Shown: one piece after another, positions 47,912 to 58,323 of the stretch
How the letters are laid out: the number at the start of each line of letters is the position of its first letter
Position numbering within the stretch: position 1 is the first letter of the stretch
Assembly (NCBI GenBank): GCA_038245905.1
Contig: JBBRRY010000003.1
Location: 104,755 to 168,754 of the forward strand
Direction: 5' to 3'
Source of the DNA: Thermoanaerobaculia bacterium
GTDB taxonomy: Bacteria > Acidobacteriota > Thermoanaerobaculia > UBA5066
DNA length: 64,000 nucleotides
Made by a program: the position numbers and the translations under genes
The notes under the pieces: model-generated
Seen by the model: only the letters and a program-made list of their open reading frames with translations
The model's database searches: none
What the model was told of the DNA's origin: nothing

Positions 47912-48948
47912 GGGCCGGCGCGGCGCGCCCCCTCCTCGGACGACGTGAACCACGGAAGGAGCGCGCGGTCGGGGACCAGCCTTGCCGCGGCGATCGCGGC
48001 GCGCTTCGCGAGGAGGCGGTCGCGATTCGCCGAGAGCCAGCGGAGGGCCGGCAGCGACGTGCGCTCCACGGTGAAGCACGCACCCACGACGACAAGGTCG
48101 CGCACGAAGGTGCCGGGAAACGTCGCGCGGAGATGATCCCCGCCCGCGTTGTTGATCCGGAGAAGGAAACGGTTTTTCACGGAATGAAGGTTCGCCGCCG
48201 GCGACATCTCCCGCCGCCGCTCCGGAAGATTGCGCCGCCGGTGCCAGGCGCGGGCGGCGGGCACGCAGCGGGCGGTCCAGCCGCGGCCGCGGAGCCGCCA
48301 CGCGAGGTCGACGTCCTCGCGGTAGAGAAAGAAGTCGTTGTCGAAAAAGCCCGTCTCGATGCGGACGTCCGAGAGCGCGGCCGTCCGGTAGAGCGCGACG
48401 CAGCCCGAAACTCCGAAGACCTCCGCCGTGTCGTCATAGCGCCCGTCGTCCCTTACGCCCGCCCCGATGTCGAAGTGTCTTCCGTTCGCCGTCATGCGGA
48501 TTCCGACCGTGTCGAGCACGTCCGTGGGCACGAGGTCGGCGCCGTCCGCCCGGAAGATCTTTCCGGTGAACGCGCCGACGCGCGCGTACTCCGGGCGGCC
48601 CGCCTCGGCGAGCAGCCGCTCGAGGTAATCGGGCGCGAGGACGACGTCGGAATTGAGAACCAGAACCCACGGACTTCCGGCTTCGACGGCGCGACCGATC
48701 GCGACGTTGTGGCCTCCCGTGTAGCCGAGATTCTCGCGCGACGCCACGACTGCGAGCGGCACCGGCGTCACTTTCTCGAACGCCGCGAACGTCGAGCGCG
48801 TGCCGTCCTCGGACGCGTTGTCCACGGCGACGATCGCGAAATCGCGGAACGTCTGCGCGAAGAGGGACGGAAGAAGCCGCTCGACGTCGCGGGACTCGTT
48901 GTGCGTGACGATCGAAACGAGGACGGCGGGGGCTCCGGGGTCCGTCAC
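47908..48948 (-). CDS. GT2 glycosyltransferase
   Basis: VSIVTHN, VDNASED, NLGY.GGHN, LNSDV, FFLYREDVDLAWR. Confidence 0.92.
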   Translation of the reverse strand: MTDPGAPAVLVSIVTHNESRDVERLLPSLFAQTFRDFAIVAVDNASEDGTRSTFAAFEKVTPVPLAVVASRENLGYTGGHNVAIGRAVEAGSPWVLVLNSDVVLAPDYLERLLAEAGRPEYARVGAFTGKIFRADGADLVPTDVLDTVGIRMTANGRHFDIGAGVRDDGRYDDTAEVFGVSGCVALYRTAALSDVRIETGFFDNDFFLYREDVDLAWRLRGRGWTARCVPAARAWHRRRNLPERRREMSPAANLHSVKNRFLLRINNAGGDHLRATFPGTFVRDLVVVGACFTVERTSLPALRWLSANRDRLLAKRAAIAAARLVPDRALLPWFTSSEEGARRAGP

Positions 48949-49895
48949 GCGGCGCCTCTCCCCGGCAGGAGCCCCGAGCGCCAGCCGAGACCGAGGAGCC
49001 CCCGAACGACCCGCGCGTGCGCGGCGGCGGCGTCCGATCGGGGATGGTCGGGCCGCACGACCGGGAGGAGCGCGAGTCTCAGGATCGCTCCGAGGAGCGT
49101 CGAGAGCCGTGCGACGGCGCGGAAGCCGGGGGAGGCATGGCGCGCGAGGTACAGGAAGAGGTTCCGGACATACGCGGGACGGAAGTCGCGGTAGGGAAGC
49201 GCGTTCATCGTGACGCCGCCCACGTGCGTTGCGCGGCCTTCCGGAACGTACCGGATCCGCCGGCCCGATTCCAGGAGGCGCGCGCAGAAGTCCACGTCCT
49301 CGAACCAGGCGGGCACGAACACGGGATCGAAGCCGCCGAGCGACTCGAATGCCTCGCGCCTCATGAGGAGGGCGGCGGCCGCGGGCTGCTCAACGTCGAA
49401 GGCCGTGTCGCGATCCCGGTCGAGGTAGCGGTCGCGCCGGAATCCCGGATTCCCGGGGAAAAGACGGTCGACGAGGAACGCCTCGCGGACCAGTGAGCCA
49501 ATCGACGGGAGCCGGCGGAGCTGAAAGCGCTCTTGCCCGTCGCCCGTGAGCCTCGGCGCGACGGCGGCGACCGCCGGATCGGCATCGAGAGTCTCGAGGA
49601 GGGCGTCGAGCGTCCGGCGGCCGTCCACGAGCGCGGCGTCCGGGTTCAGGAAGAGGATCGTCTCGGAGGGGGCTCCTTCCCGCGCGGCCCGGTTGCACGC
49701 GGGCCCGAACCCGAGATTCACGCCGGCTTCGACCACGCGTGCGCCTGCCGCGCGGGCCGCCGCCACGGAGCCGTCCGTCGACGCGTTGTCCACGACCACG
49801 ACCGGCACGCCCTCTGGCACCGACTTCACGGCGGCCGCGAGGTGCGCGGCCGAGTTCCAGGAGACGATGGCGACGAGGACGCGCGGGGTGCTCAA
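48945..49895 (-). CDS. GT2 glycosyltransferase (WbbL-like)
   Basis: IVSWNS, VDNASTDGS, NLGFG.ACN, FLNPD, GGFD..F..WFEDVDFC. Confidence 0.92.
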   Translation of the reverse strand: MSTPRVLVAIVSWNSAAHLAAAVKSVPEGVPVVVVDNASTDGSVAAARAAGARVVEAGVNLGFGPACNRAAREGAPSETILFLNPDAALVDGRRTLDALLETLDADPAVAAVAPRLTGDGQERFQLRRLPSIGSLVREAFLVDRLFPGNPGFRRDRYLDRDRDTAFDVEQPAAAALLMRREAFESLGGFDPVFVPAWFEDVDFCARLLESGRRIRYVPEGRATHVGGVTMNALPYRDFRPAYVRNLFLYLARHASPGFRAVARLSTLLGAILRLALLPVVRPDHPRSDAAAAHARVVRGLLGLGWRSGLLPGRGAA

Positions 49896-49944
49896 ACGAC
49901 AGGATGATAGTGCGGCGCGGCGCGGCGCTTAGAATCCGCGAGCG

Positions 49945-51220
<1,276 letters not shown>

Positions 51221-51234
<14 letters not shown>

Positions 51235-51391
51235 TTCGGCCGTTCGTGCGGATTTCCGCCAGCAGATCGCCCACGCCGCGCGCGGCCGCGAGTTTCTCGA
51301 GTGTCGCGAAATCGAGCTTTTCGTCCTGCGCGGCGAGGAGCGCGCGGACATCGCGCACGTGCTTCGAAGAACCGCCTTCGGAGTCAGTCAC
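51221..51391 (-). pseudogene. Internally deleted remnant of a nucleotidyltransferase-type toxin gene
   Basis: 56 aa; EGGSSKHVRDVRALL...LD...LE.......GV resembles the C-terminal helix of MNT-family toxins; no catalytic N-terminal domain; start overlaps the upstream small gene. Confidence 0.5.
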
Positions 51392-51626
51392 CCAGAAGGC
51401 ACACTCGGAGTAACTGCTGGCGCACTTCTTCGAGGACCTGCTCGTCGCTCCAATCGGGATGTTCGGCCCGCACACCCGCGTGTTTGACCTCCCGCGCCGT
51501 TCGCTGGAGAGACTGCGCGACCGCCCACCTCTCGTCCGGCGTCATCGCGGAAAAGAGACGCATCTGCTCGGGATCCGGTGCGTCGTCGGGGAGCCCGGGA
51601 GCCCTCTTGTCCTCGTGCGACGTCAT
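51384..51626 (-). CDS. Rv0078B (MenA1)-like small antitoxin
   Basis: Q...[10 protein letters not shown]...AR.....GVR.EHPDWS.EQV..EV pattern; TAGACT 8 nt before ATG. Confidence 0.65.
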   Translation of the reverse strand: MTSHEDKRAPGLPDDAPDPEQMRLFSAMTPDERWAVAQSLQRTAREVKHAGVRAEHPDWSDEQVLEEVRQQLLRVCLLGD

Positions 51627-51663
51627 CGGCCAGCAGTCTATCGCCTGAGTCCAGGGTCGGGGT

Positions 51664-51751
51664 TGGAGGAGGAGGAGGGATTCGAACCCCCGGAACCTTT
51701 CGGTTCAACGGTTTTCAAGACCGCCGCCTTAAACCACTCGGCCACTCCTCC
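51664..51751 (-). tRNA. tRNA-Ser (anticodon UGA)
   Basis: GGAGGAG/CTCCTCC acceptor stem, GCGGT-CTTGAAA-ACCGT anticodon arm, long variable arm, GGTTCGAATCC, encoded CCA. Confidence 0.96.
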
Positions 51752-51825
51752 GCGCATCCTCCGGTCGGGCTGCCGGGCGCGATTATCCTCTCTCCCTGCT
51801 AGACTTCGCGGCCCGGCGGCGCCAC

Positions 51826-51919
51826 GGACAGGTGGGTGAGTGGCTGAAACCAGCGGTTTGCTAAACCGCCGTAGGGCTTTAAAACCTTACCGGGGGTTCG
51901 AATCCCCCCCTGTCCGCCA
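51826..51919 (+). tRNA. tRNA-Ser (anticodon GCU)
   Basis: GGACAGG/CCTGTCC acceptor stem, GCGGT-TTGCTAA-ACCGC anticodon arm, long variable arm, GGTTCGAATCC, GCCA end. Confidence 0.96.
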
Positions 51920-52021
51920 TTTCCAACGCGCCGCCGGACCGGGGGAACGGAAACTTTCGTCCCCGAGAACCCGTATCAGGCAGTGGGAATCAAGCGTTTT
52001 GAGCCGGAAGGGAGCCTTACC

Positions 52022-53323
52022 GTGACCACGCGGATCAAAGTTGCGATCGGGGTGGGCACGGCGGTCGTGCTCGGCCTCGTCGTGTTCGCCTCGATCAAGA
52101 GCCGGGACAAGAGCATCGTCCGGGTCACGACGGCCAAGGTCGCGAAGGCTCCTCTCGTCGCGACCGTGAGCTGCAACGGCCGTGTGAGAGCGCGCGTCAA
52201 GGTCGACATCTCCTCGCAGGTGATGGGTCAGATCGTGACGCTCGCGGTCGTCGAGGGGGAACACGTGAAGAAAGGCGACCTTCTCCTCCAGATCGACAAG
52301 GTCCAGTACGACGCGGGCGCACAGGCGACGCAGGCCGGCCTCGATGCCCTTTTCGCCCAGCGCGAGTCCGACCGCGCGACGAAGGAGCAGGCCGAGCGTG
52401 ACTACACACGCGAGCAGAAGAACTTCGAGGCGAAGATCACGTCCGTGCAGGTGCTCCAGAAGGCGAAGCTCGTGCTCGACGCGGCCGCCGCGAACGAGCG
52501 CGCGACCGAAAGTCGTATCGAGCAGGCGCGCGCAAACCTCCTCGCGAACAAGGACAGCCTGAAGAAGACGACGATCACGTCTCCGATCGACGGCATCGTC
52601 ACGGCCAAGCCCGTGGAAGCCGGCGAGAACGCGATCATCGGCACCATGAACAACGCGGGGACGGTGCTCCTCACGGTGTCGGACATGTCCGTCGTCGAGG
52701 GCGAGATGGAGGTTGACGAGACCGACATCCCGAACGTCAAGGTCGGGCAGAAGGCGAGCCTCACGTTCGACGCCTATCCCGATAAGAAGTTCGACGGCGT
52801 CGTCACGGAGATCGGGGGCAGCCCGATCCTGAAGTCCGCGCTCGGGACCGATTCGTCCGCCGTGAACTTCAAGGTCAAGGTCCAGGTCGCGAAGCCGCCG
52901 TCGAACATCCGTCCCGGCTTCTCCGTCTCGGGGAAGATCGAGACCGACCGGCGCGAAGCGGCCCTCGCGATTCCGATTCCCGCCCTCGTCGTCGCCGACC
53001 CGGCGTCGCTCGAGCGCACGAAGCCCGGCAAGAAGGCGACGCCGGCCGCCGCGACCACGGCGACAGCCACTGCCACGTCTGGCCTCGCCGAGAAGAAGAA
53101 GGACGTCGAAGGCGTCTTCGTCGTCAAGAAGGACGGGACAGTCGAGTTCCGCAAGGTCAAGACGGGGATCAATGCCGATCTCCAGACGGAGGTCCTCGAG
53201 GGACTCACGAACGGCGAGGAGATCGTCACGGGCCCGTTCAAGGCGCTCCGCCAGCTCAAGGTCGGCGACCGCGTGAAAGTGGACAATTCGGCCCCCGCTG
53301 CGGACGCCGCGAAGAAGTCCTGA
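52022..53323 (+). CDS. Efflux periplasmic adaptor subunit (MacA/HlyD-like)
   Basis: N-terminal TM; V.ISSQV.G.I..L.V.EG..VKKG.LL, I.SPIDG.V, VDETDI..VKVGQ, V.TGI, GL..GEEIVTG; GGAG SD before GTG. Confidence 0.92.
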   Translation: MTTRIKVAIGVGTAVVLGLVVFASIKSRDKSIVRVTTAKVAKAPLVATVSCNGRVRARVKVDISSQVMGQIVTLAVVEGEHVKKGDLLLQIDKVQYDAGAQATQAGLDALFAQRESDRATKEQAERDYTREQKNFEAKITSVQVLQKAKLVLDAAAANERATESRIEQARANLLANKDSLKKTTITSPIDGIVTAKPVEAGENAIIGTMNNAGTVLLTVSDMSVVEGEMEVDETDIPNVKVGQKASLTFDAYPDKKFDGVVTEIGGSPILKSALGTDSSAVNFKVKVQVAKPPSNIRPGFSVSGKIETDRREAALAIPIPALVVADPASLERTKPGKKATPAAATTATATATSGLAEKKKDVEGVFVVKKDGTVEFRKVKTGINADLQTEVLEGLTNGEEIVTGPFKALRQLKVGDRVKVDNSAPAADAAKKS

Positions 53324-53338
53324 GGGCAGGGGAGCGAC

Positions 53339-54559
53339 ATGCTGTTCGGGGAGCTTCTGCGCGTCGCCTGGAAGGCGGTCACGGCCCAGAAGCTCCGCTC
53401 TCTCTTGACCTTGCTCGGCGTCATTATCGGCGTCATGACCGTCATCGCGGTCGTCGCCGTGATTTCAGGCCTGAACAACTACGTCGCGACGAAGATCTTC
53501 TCGCTCTCGCCCGACGTCTACGCGGTGACGCGCTGGGGAATCATCACGTCGCGCGAGGGGTTCCTCGAGGCGCTCAAGAGAAAGCCCGTCAAGAAACCCG
53601 ACTTCGAGCAGGTCGTCCGCCTCGCGCACCTTGCCGACAAGATCGGCGCCTCTTCAGGAACGACGCAGCTTGCCAAGTCCGGGAATAACCGCCTCTCGGA
53701 CGTCCAGATCCAGGGGACGACGGCGAACATGAGCGAGATTCGCAATCTCGACCTGGAATCGGGACGTTTCTTCAGCGAGATGGAGAACGAGCATCGCGCC
53801 TTCGTCGCCGTCATCGGCTCGGACGTGAGGGAGGAGCTTTTTCCGCGCGTGGATCCCGTTGGCCGCACCATGACGATCGGCGGGGCGTCGTTCGAAATCA
53901 TCGGTCTTCTCGCCAAGCAGGGTTCCGTGATGGGGCAGAGCCAGGACAAGGTCGCCTACATCCCGCGCGAGACGCTCTGCAAGGTCTGGGGAGCCAATCG
54001 CCAGCTCTCGATCTACGTCCAGGCAAAGGGCGGCGTGCCGGGCGTCCCCGCGTCGATGGACGAGATCCGGACGATCTTCAGGGCCATCCGCCACACGGAC
54101 CCGAAGGCATCCGATCCGATCGTCTTCGTGAATGCGGACGCGATCCAGGTCGTGTGGAAGGCGATCACGGCGGCCGCCTTCGCGCTCCTCGTATTCATCA
54201 GCGGCATCTCCCTCGTTGTCGGCGCGATCGTGATCGCGAACATCATGCTCGTGTCCGTGATCGAGAGGACGAAGGAGATCGGGCTCCGCCTCGCCGTGGG
54301 CGCGCGGAAACGCGACATCCTCTCGCAGTTCCTGCTCGAGGCCGGCCTCCTCGCGCTCGGAGGCGGCTGCCTCGGCGTGTTCTTTGGCTGGCTCATCGCG
54401 CTCCTGGTGGACGCCTTCACGCCGCTCCCGACGCTCGTGACGAGCGGGCTCATCGTGTCGGGACTCGTTCTCGCGACGATCACGGGCCTCATCGCCGGCG
54501 TCTTCCCGGCCATCAAGGCGAGCCGTCTCACGCCGATCGAAGCGCTCCGATATGAGTAA
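53339..54559 (+). CDS. MacB/FtsX-type ABC transporter permease
   Basis: KLRS.LT.LG.IIGV, GRFF, NIMLVSV.ERTKEIGLR.AVGA...DIL.QFL.EA, PA.KAS.L.PIEALRYE. Confidence 0.94.
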   Translation: MLFGELLRVAWKAVTAQKLRSLLTLLGVIIGVMTVIAVVAVISGLNNYVATKIFSLSPDVYAVTRWGIITSREGFLEALKRKPVKKPDFEQVVRLAHLADKIGASSGTTQLAKSGNNRLSDVQIQGTTANMSEIRNLDLESGRFFSEMENEHRAFVAVIGSDVREELFPRVDPVGRTMTIGGASFEIIGLLAKQGSVMGQSQDKVAYIPRETLCKVWGANRQLSIYVQAKGGVPGVPASMDEIRTIFRAIRHTDPKASDPIVFVNADAIQVVWKAITAAAFALLVFISGISLVVGAIVIANIMLVSVIERTKEIGLRLAVGARKRDILSQFLLEAGLLALGGGCLGVFFGWLIALLVDAFTPLPTLVTSGLIVSGLVLATITGLIAGVFPAIKASRLTPIEALRYE

Positions 54560-54571
54560 GGACCGCTCCTC

Positions 54572-55843
54572 ATGAGGAATCTCCTGGACTCGTTCCGCCG
54601 CGTCATCGCCGAGAACCTCCGGTTCGCGCTGACCGCGCTCCGCGCGCACAAGCTGCGCGCGTTTCTCACGATGGTCGGCATCGTCATCGGCGTCTGGACG
54701 GTCATCAGCATGGTCGCCCTCGTGACGGGCTTCGACCGCTCGCAGACAGAGGCCTTCTCGTCGTTCGGCACGACGCTCGTGGTGTTCCAGAAGTTCGAGC
54801 CCCGTTTCGGGCACGGCCAGCGGTCGGAGGAGGAGCGCAAGCGCCACGACCTCACGATCGAGGACGCGGAGGCCCTGCGCGCGCTCTGCCCGTCGATCCT
54901 CGCCGTCTCGCCCGAGAGGTACATGTGGGGCCAGTCGCAGGTCAAGGGGAACGGCAACGAGGCGAACGCCCCGCAGGTCGGCGGCATCAACCAGGACTAC
55001 GCGATCTGCAACAACTGGGAGATCCAGGACGGCCGCAACATCACCGAGACCGACGTTCTCCACGCGACGGACGCCTGCGTCATCGGACAGGACGTCTCGG
55101 AAGCTCTCTTCAAGGGGAAGGACCCTCTCGGCCAGTCGATCTCCGTGAACGGAAAACGCCTTCAGGTCGTCGGCACCTTCAACAAGAAGGGCTCGTCCGG
55201 GTTCGGCGGCCAGCCAGACAACATCGTCATGATGCCGATCTCGACGTTTGACCGCCATTTTCCCCAGACGAAGAACTCGCACGACGACACGATTCACATC
55301 GCGACGATCCCGCGCTCGCCGGAGCTGGTCGAACGCGTCATCGAAGAGGGCACGATCGTGCTACGCGCGCGGCGCAAGGTGCCTTTCAACGCCCCGAACG
55401 ACTTCGCGATCTTCACGGCCGAGAAGATGCTCGCCCAGATGCAGGCCGTCACGAACGCGATCTCGGGCGTCATGGTCCTCATCGCGGCGATCGCGCTCGT
55501 CGTGGGCGGCGTCGGCGTGATGAACATCATGCTGGTCTCGGTCACCGAGCGCACGAAGGAGATCGGCCTCCGCAAGGCCCTCGGTGCGCTCCGGCGGGAT
55601 ATCTCGCTCCAGTTCCTCACGGAAGCGATGACGCTGACGGCGCTCGGGGGAGTCGCCGGCGTCACTCTCGGCCTCCTGACGGCGCTCGTCGTGCGCCTCG
55701 TCTCGAGCCTGCGCACCGAGACGCCGCTCTGGAGCATCCTCCTCGGGCTCGGAGTGTCCGTCTCGATCGGCCTTTTCTTCGGGATCTACCCGGCGATGAA
55801 GGCCGCGCGCCTCGACCCCATCGACGCCCTCCGGTACGAATAG
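54572..55843 (+). CDS. MacB/FtsX-type ABC transporter permease
   Basis: KLRA.LT..GIVIGV, GVGVMNIMLVSVTERTKEIGLRKALGA, PA.KAARLDPIDALRYE. Confidence 0.94.
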   Translation: MRNLLDSFRRVIAENLRFALTALRAHKLRAFLTMVGIVIGVWTVISMVALVTGFDRSQTEAFSSFGTTLVVFQKFEPRFGHGQRSEEERKRHDLTIEDAEALRALCPSILAVSPERYMWGQSQVKGNGNEANAPQVGGINQDYAICNNWEIQDGRNITETDVLHATDACVIGQDVSEALFKGKDPLGQSISVNGKRLQVVGTFNKKGSSGFGGQPDNIVMMPISTFDRHFPQTKNSHDDTIHIATIPRSPELVERVIEEGTIVLRARRKVPFNAPNDFAIFTAEKMLAQMQAVTNAISGVMVLIAAIALVVGGVGVMNIMLVSVTERTKEIGLRKALGALRRDISLQFLTEAMTLTALGGVAGVTLGLLTALVVRLVSSLRTETPLWSILLGLGVSVSIGLFFGIYPAMKAARLDPIDALRYE

Positions 55844-55870
55844 GAACGCGCGCCTCCCGGAGAGCGCGCC

Positions 55871-57925
55871 TCAGCGAACGCGGCGAAGCCCGCGAACGAG
55901 CACGCCTTCTTCGTCCGTTTCGAGCGCGAAAAGAACGGTGCCGTCCGGACTCTGATCCCCATCGCGAATCGCAAGCTCGAGGGACGTCTCGTCGTGAATC
56001 GTCCTCGTGGCTTCCCGACTGGCGCCCCATCGGACGGTCAGCCGCGCGGGAAACCGGCCCGGGGCGGCGACGTCGAGCGACCAGGTCCCGCGCGCGGCCG
56101 GAACGAGGAGGAAAGCGCGCGCGGTCGTCCAGAGGCCCGCCTCCCTGCCCTTGCGTTCGCGGAAGCCTCCGGCCACGGCGCCGCGTGAGAGAGCGGCGTT
56201 TTGCCCGTCGGCGGTTCGGAAATTCACGCCTTCGAGAGGGGCGAGAGAAACCTCCGGAACCGCCCAGGCCAGCGCAAGTGTCGGGCTGTACGCGGTCCTC
56301 ACGAAACCGAGATTCGCCCCGATCTCGCGGTAGGGAGACACGTCCGGCGAAAGGACGAAGTCGACGTGCCACCGATGCCGAAGCCATGCGGCGGCGGCGT
56401 CCCGAGGCACCAGGCTCTTTCGCTTGCGGTCGAGGAGAGGACCGATGACGGGATCGGAGAGCCGTTCTCCGAACGAAACGCCGGGCTCGCGCGAGAGATA
56501 GCCGAAGGTCTGTGCCCTGCCGTGACCAAGCTGCCGAATGAGCGCGCCGGCTCCCTGATCGACGTCGAGAACGACGGCGGCGTCGGCGTCCGGTCTCGCG
56601 CGGGCGATGGCCGTGAGCGCGGGATCGTCGGCCGCGAACGGCGACTCCATGAGGCCCGGATCGCGCGGCGCGTATTCGGCCGCGAGAAGAAGGCCCGCCG
56701 CGAGGGCGACGATCCGGGAGGCCCGCGTCCGGCGAAGGAGGAGGCGCTCCGACGCAAGGGCCGTCGCGAGCGCGAGCGGGAGAAAGGCGAGAATCTCGAA
56801 GCGATTCACGCAGCCGCCGAAGTCCAGCGCGGGGAAGATCCTCTCGAGAACCGACCACGGAAGCGGCACGTCGAGGAGCCGGTCGAAGACGCGCGGCTGA
56901 GGCCCCAGAGAGAGGACGAGGGCGATGCCGCCCGCGAGAAGCGCGAAGTCGATGTCGCGGCGGCTTCGGTCTCTCCAGATCAGGAGGAGGGCGAGAAGCG
57001 GGACGAGGCCGAGGTAACCGGCGCCCTCGGCGATGTTCTGGTGGTTCCGCTCCGTGAGCCCCGGCGTCAGCGCCGACGCGAGCTGAATGCGGGAAGGCAC
57101 GACGAGGGACGTGAGGGCCGTCGAACACCACCTGGACTCGTGGCCGCCGGTTTCCGAGGAGGCAGCGCGCACTAGCCCGCGGATGGCGGGAAAGCACACG
57201 GCGAGGGAGAGCGCGGCCGCGAGGCCGAACGCGCCCGCGCGTCCCGCCCGCTGGCCGTGCGCGGCGCGCGCGATCTCGAAAGCCGCGAAGCAGGCCGCCG
57301 CGAGCGCGCCGAGGAGCGCGAGGTACCAATCGGTGAACGCGAGGGCCGAGAGCGCGGCCCCCGCCAGGACCGCGGCGCCCCAGCGCTTCGCGCCCTCCGA
57401 CCGGCTCGCCACGAAGAGCGCCTCGAGGGAGAGCGGGATCCAGCCCGTCCCGAGAAGGTTGAGATGTCCGAGAGCACGTGCGAAATGAGGCGGCGCGAAC
57501 GCGAAGACGGCCGCTCCCGCCGCCGAGGAGAGAGGGCCGGCGCCGAGGCGGCGCGCGAGCCGGTAGAGAGCGACGAATGCGAGCGTGAACGCGAGGACGA
57601 CGAACGCGTTGTAGGCGGCGAAGAAGCCCGTGGCGCGCGCGAGGAGCGCGCCTGGAAGGCTATTCGTCAGGGACAGCGTGTGCGCATACAGCGAGCAGCC
57701 CTCTGGCGCCCAGAGCCGATCAGTCCGCCACAGGGAGCCTCCAGTCCTGAGGACGCGGTCGACGTGGTGGAAGTTCCAGAGGTTCTGCCACGCGTCCCCG
57801 CCACCGATGACGGCATGGGTCCACGCGGGCCGCGCGCGGAGGACGAGGAGCGCGAGCGAGGTGCCGGCGAGAGCGGCGAAACACGACTCCAACCCGAGGC
57901 GGAGAGAGGGCCTCTCGACTGGCAT
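55871..57925 (-). CDS. Multi-TM GT-C-like (YfhO-like) membrane protein
   Basis: GGDAWQNLWNF, ..WAPEG.SL..HT, GHLNL, YLG, LSLGP, NRF, Q..HG....GYLSR; start TTG 57928 or ATG 57925. Confidence 0.65.
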   Translation of the reverse strand: MPVERPSLRLGLESCFAALAGTSLALLVLRARPAWTHAVIGGGDAWQNLWNFHHVDRVLRTGGSLWRTDRLWAPEGCSLYAHTLSLTNSLPGALLARATGFFAAYNAFVVLAFTLAFVALYRLARRLGAGPLSSAAGAAVFAFAPPHFARALGHLNLLGTGWIPLSLEALFVASRSEGAKRWGAAVLAGAALSALAFTDWYLALLGALAAACFAAFEIARAAHGQRAGRAGAFGLAAALSLAVCFPAIRGLVRAASSETGGHESRWCSTALTSLVVPSRIQLASALTPGLTERNHQNIAEGAGYLGLVPLLALLLIWRDRSRRDIDFALLAGGIALVLSLGPQPRVFDRLLDVPLPWSVLERIFPALDFGGCVNRFEILAFLPLALATALASERLLLRRTRASRIVALAAGLLLAAEYAPRDPGLMESPFAADDPALTAIARARPDADAAVVLDVDQGAGALIRQLGHGRAQTFGYLSREPGVSFGERLSDPVIGPLLDRKRKSLVPRDAAAAWLRHRWHVDFVLSPDVSPYREIGANLGFVRTAYSPTLALAWAVPEVSLAPLEGVNFRTADGQNAALSRGAVAGGFRERKGREAGLWTTARAFLLVPAARGTWSLDVAAPGRFPARLTVRWGASREATRTIHDETSLELAIRDGDQSPDGTVLFALETDEEGVLVRGLRRVR

Positions 57926-57962
57926 CAAGCGACGATCTTGCCTCATCCGTTACCATCGGGGG

Positions 57963-58319
57963 ATGACGCCGGTCCCGAAAAACCTGCAGGTGCTCGGCGA
58001 CGAGCTCGCAATCGCCTGGAGCGACGGGGCCGAATCGTATTTCAAGCTCGCCGATCTCCGCCGGCTGTGTCCGTGCGCCGAGTGCCAGGGCGAGCGGGAC
58101 CTCCTCGGCCGCCTCATGAAGCCGCCCCCGCGGCCGCTCACCAAGGAGTCATATCAGGCGCGCGGCACCAGCCCCGTGGGCGGCTATGCGCTCCAGATCC
58201 ACTGGGGGGACGGCCACGCCGACGGTCTCTATACATACGCGAAGCTGCGCGAATGGACCGAGCATCCTCCCGAGCTTCCGCCGCTCGCGATCGCGTTCCC
58301 TCTTCTGCCCGTCCTCTGA
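57963..58319 (+). CDS. DUF971 / gamma-butyrobetaine hydroxylase-like N-terminal Zn-binding protein
   Basis: I.WSDG..S......LR..CPCAECQG, VG.YALQI.W.DGH..G.Y.Y..LR. Confidence 0.88.
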   Translation: MTPVPKNLQVLGDELAIAWSDGAESYFKLADLRRLCPCAECQGERDLLGRLMKPPPRPLTKESYQARGTSPVGGYALQIHWGDGHADGLYTYAKLREWTEHPPELPPLAIAFPLLPVL

Positions 58320-58323
58320 GAGT

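Noticed and set aside
51664-51751. Possible tRNA-Sec, and the GGA trinucleotide repeat at 51665-51679
   Set aside because: The anticodon is UGA (Ser), not UCA, and the acceptor stem is 7 bp; the repeat is just the acceptor and T stems.
53030-53085. ATPAAATTATATATS low-complexity stretch in the adaptor protein
   Set aside because: An ordinary flexible linker with varied codons, not a DNA tandem repeat.
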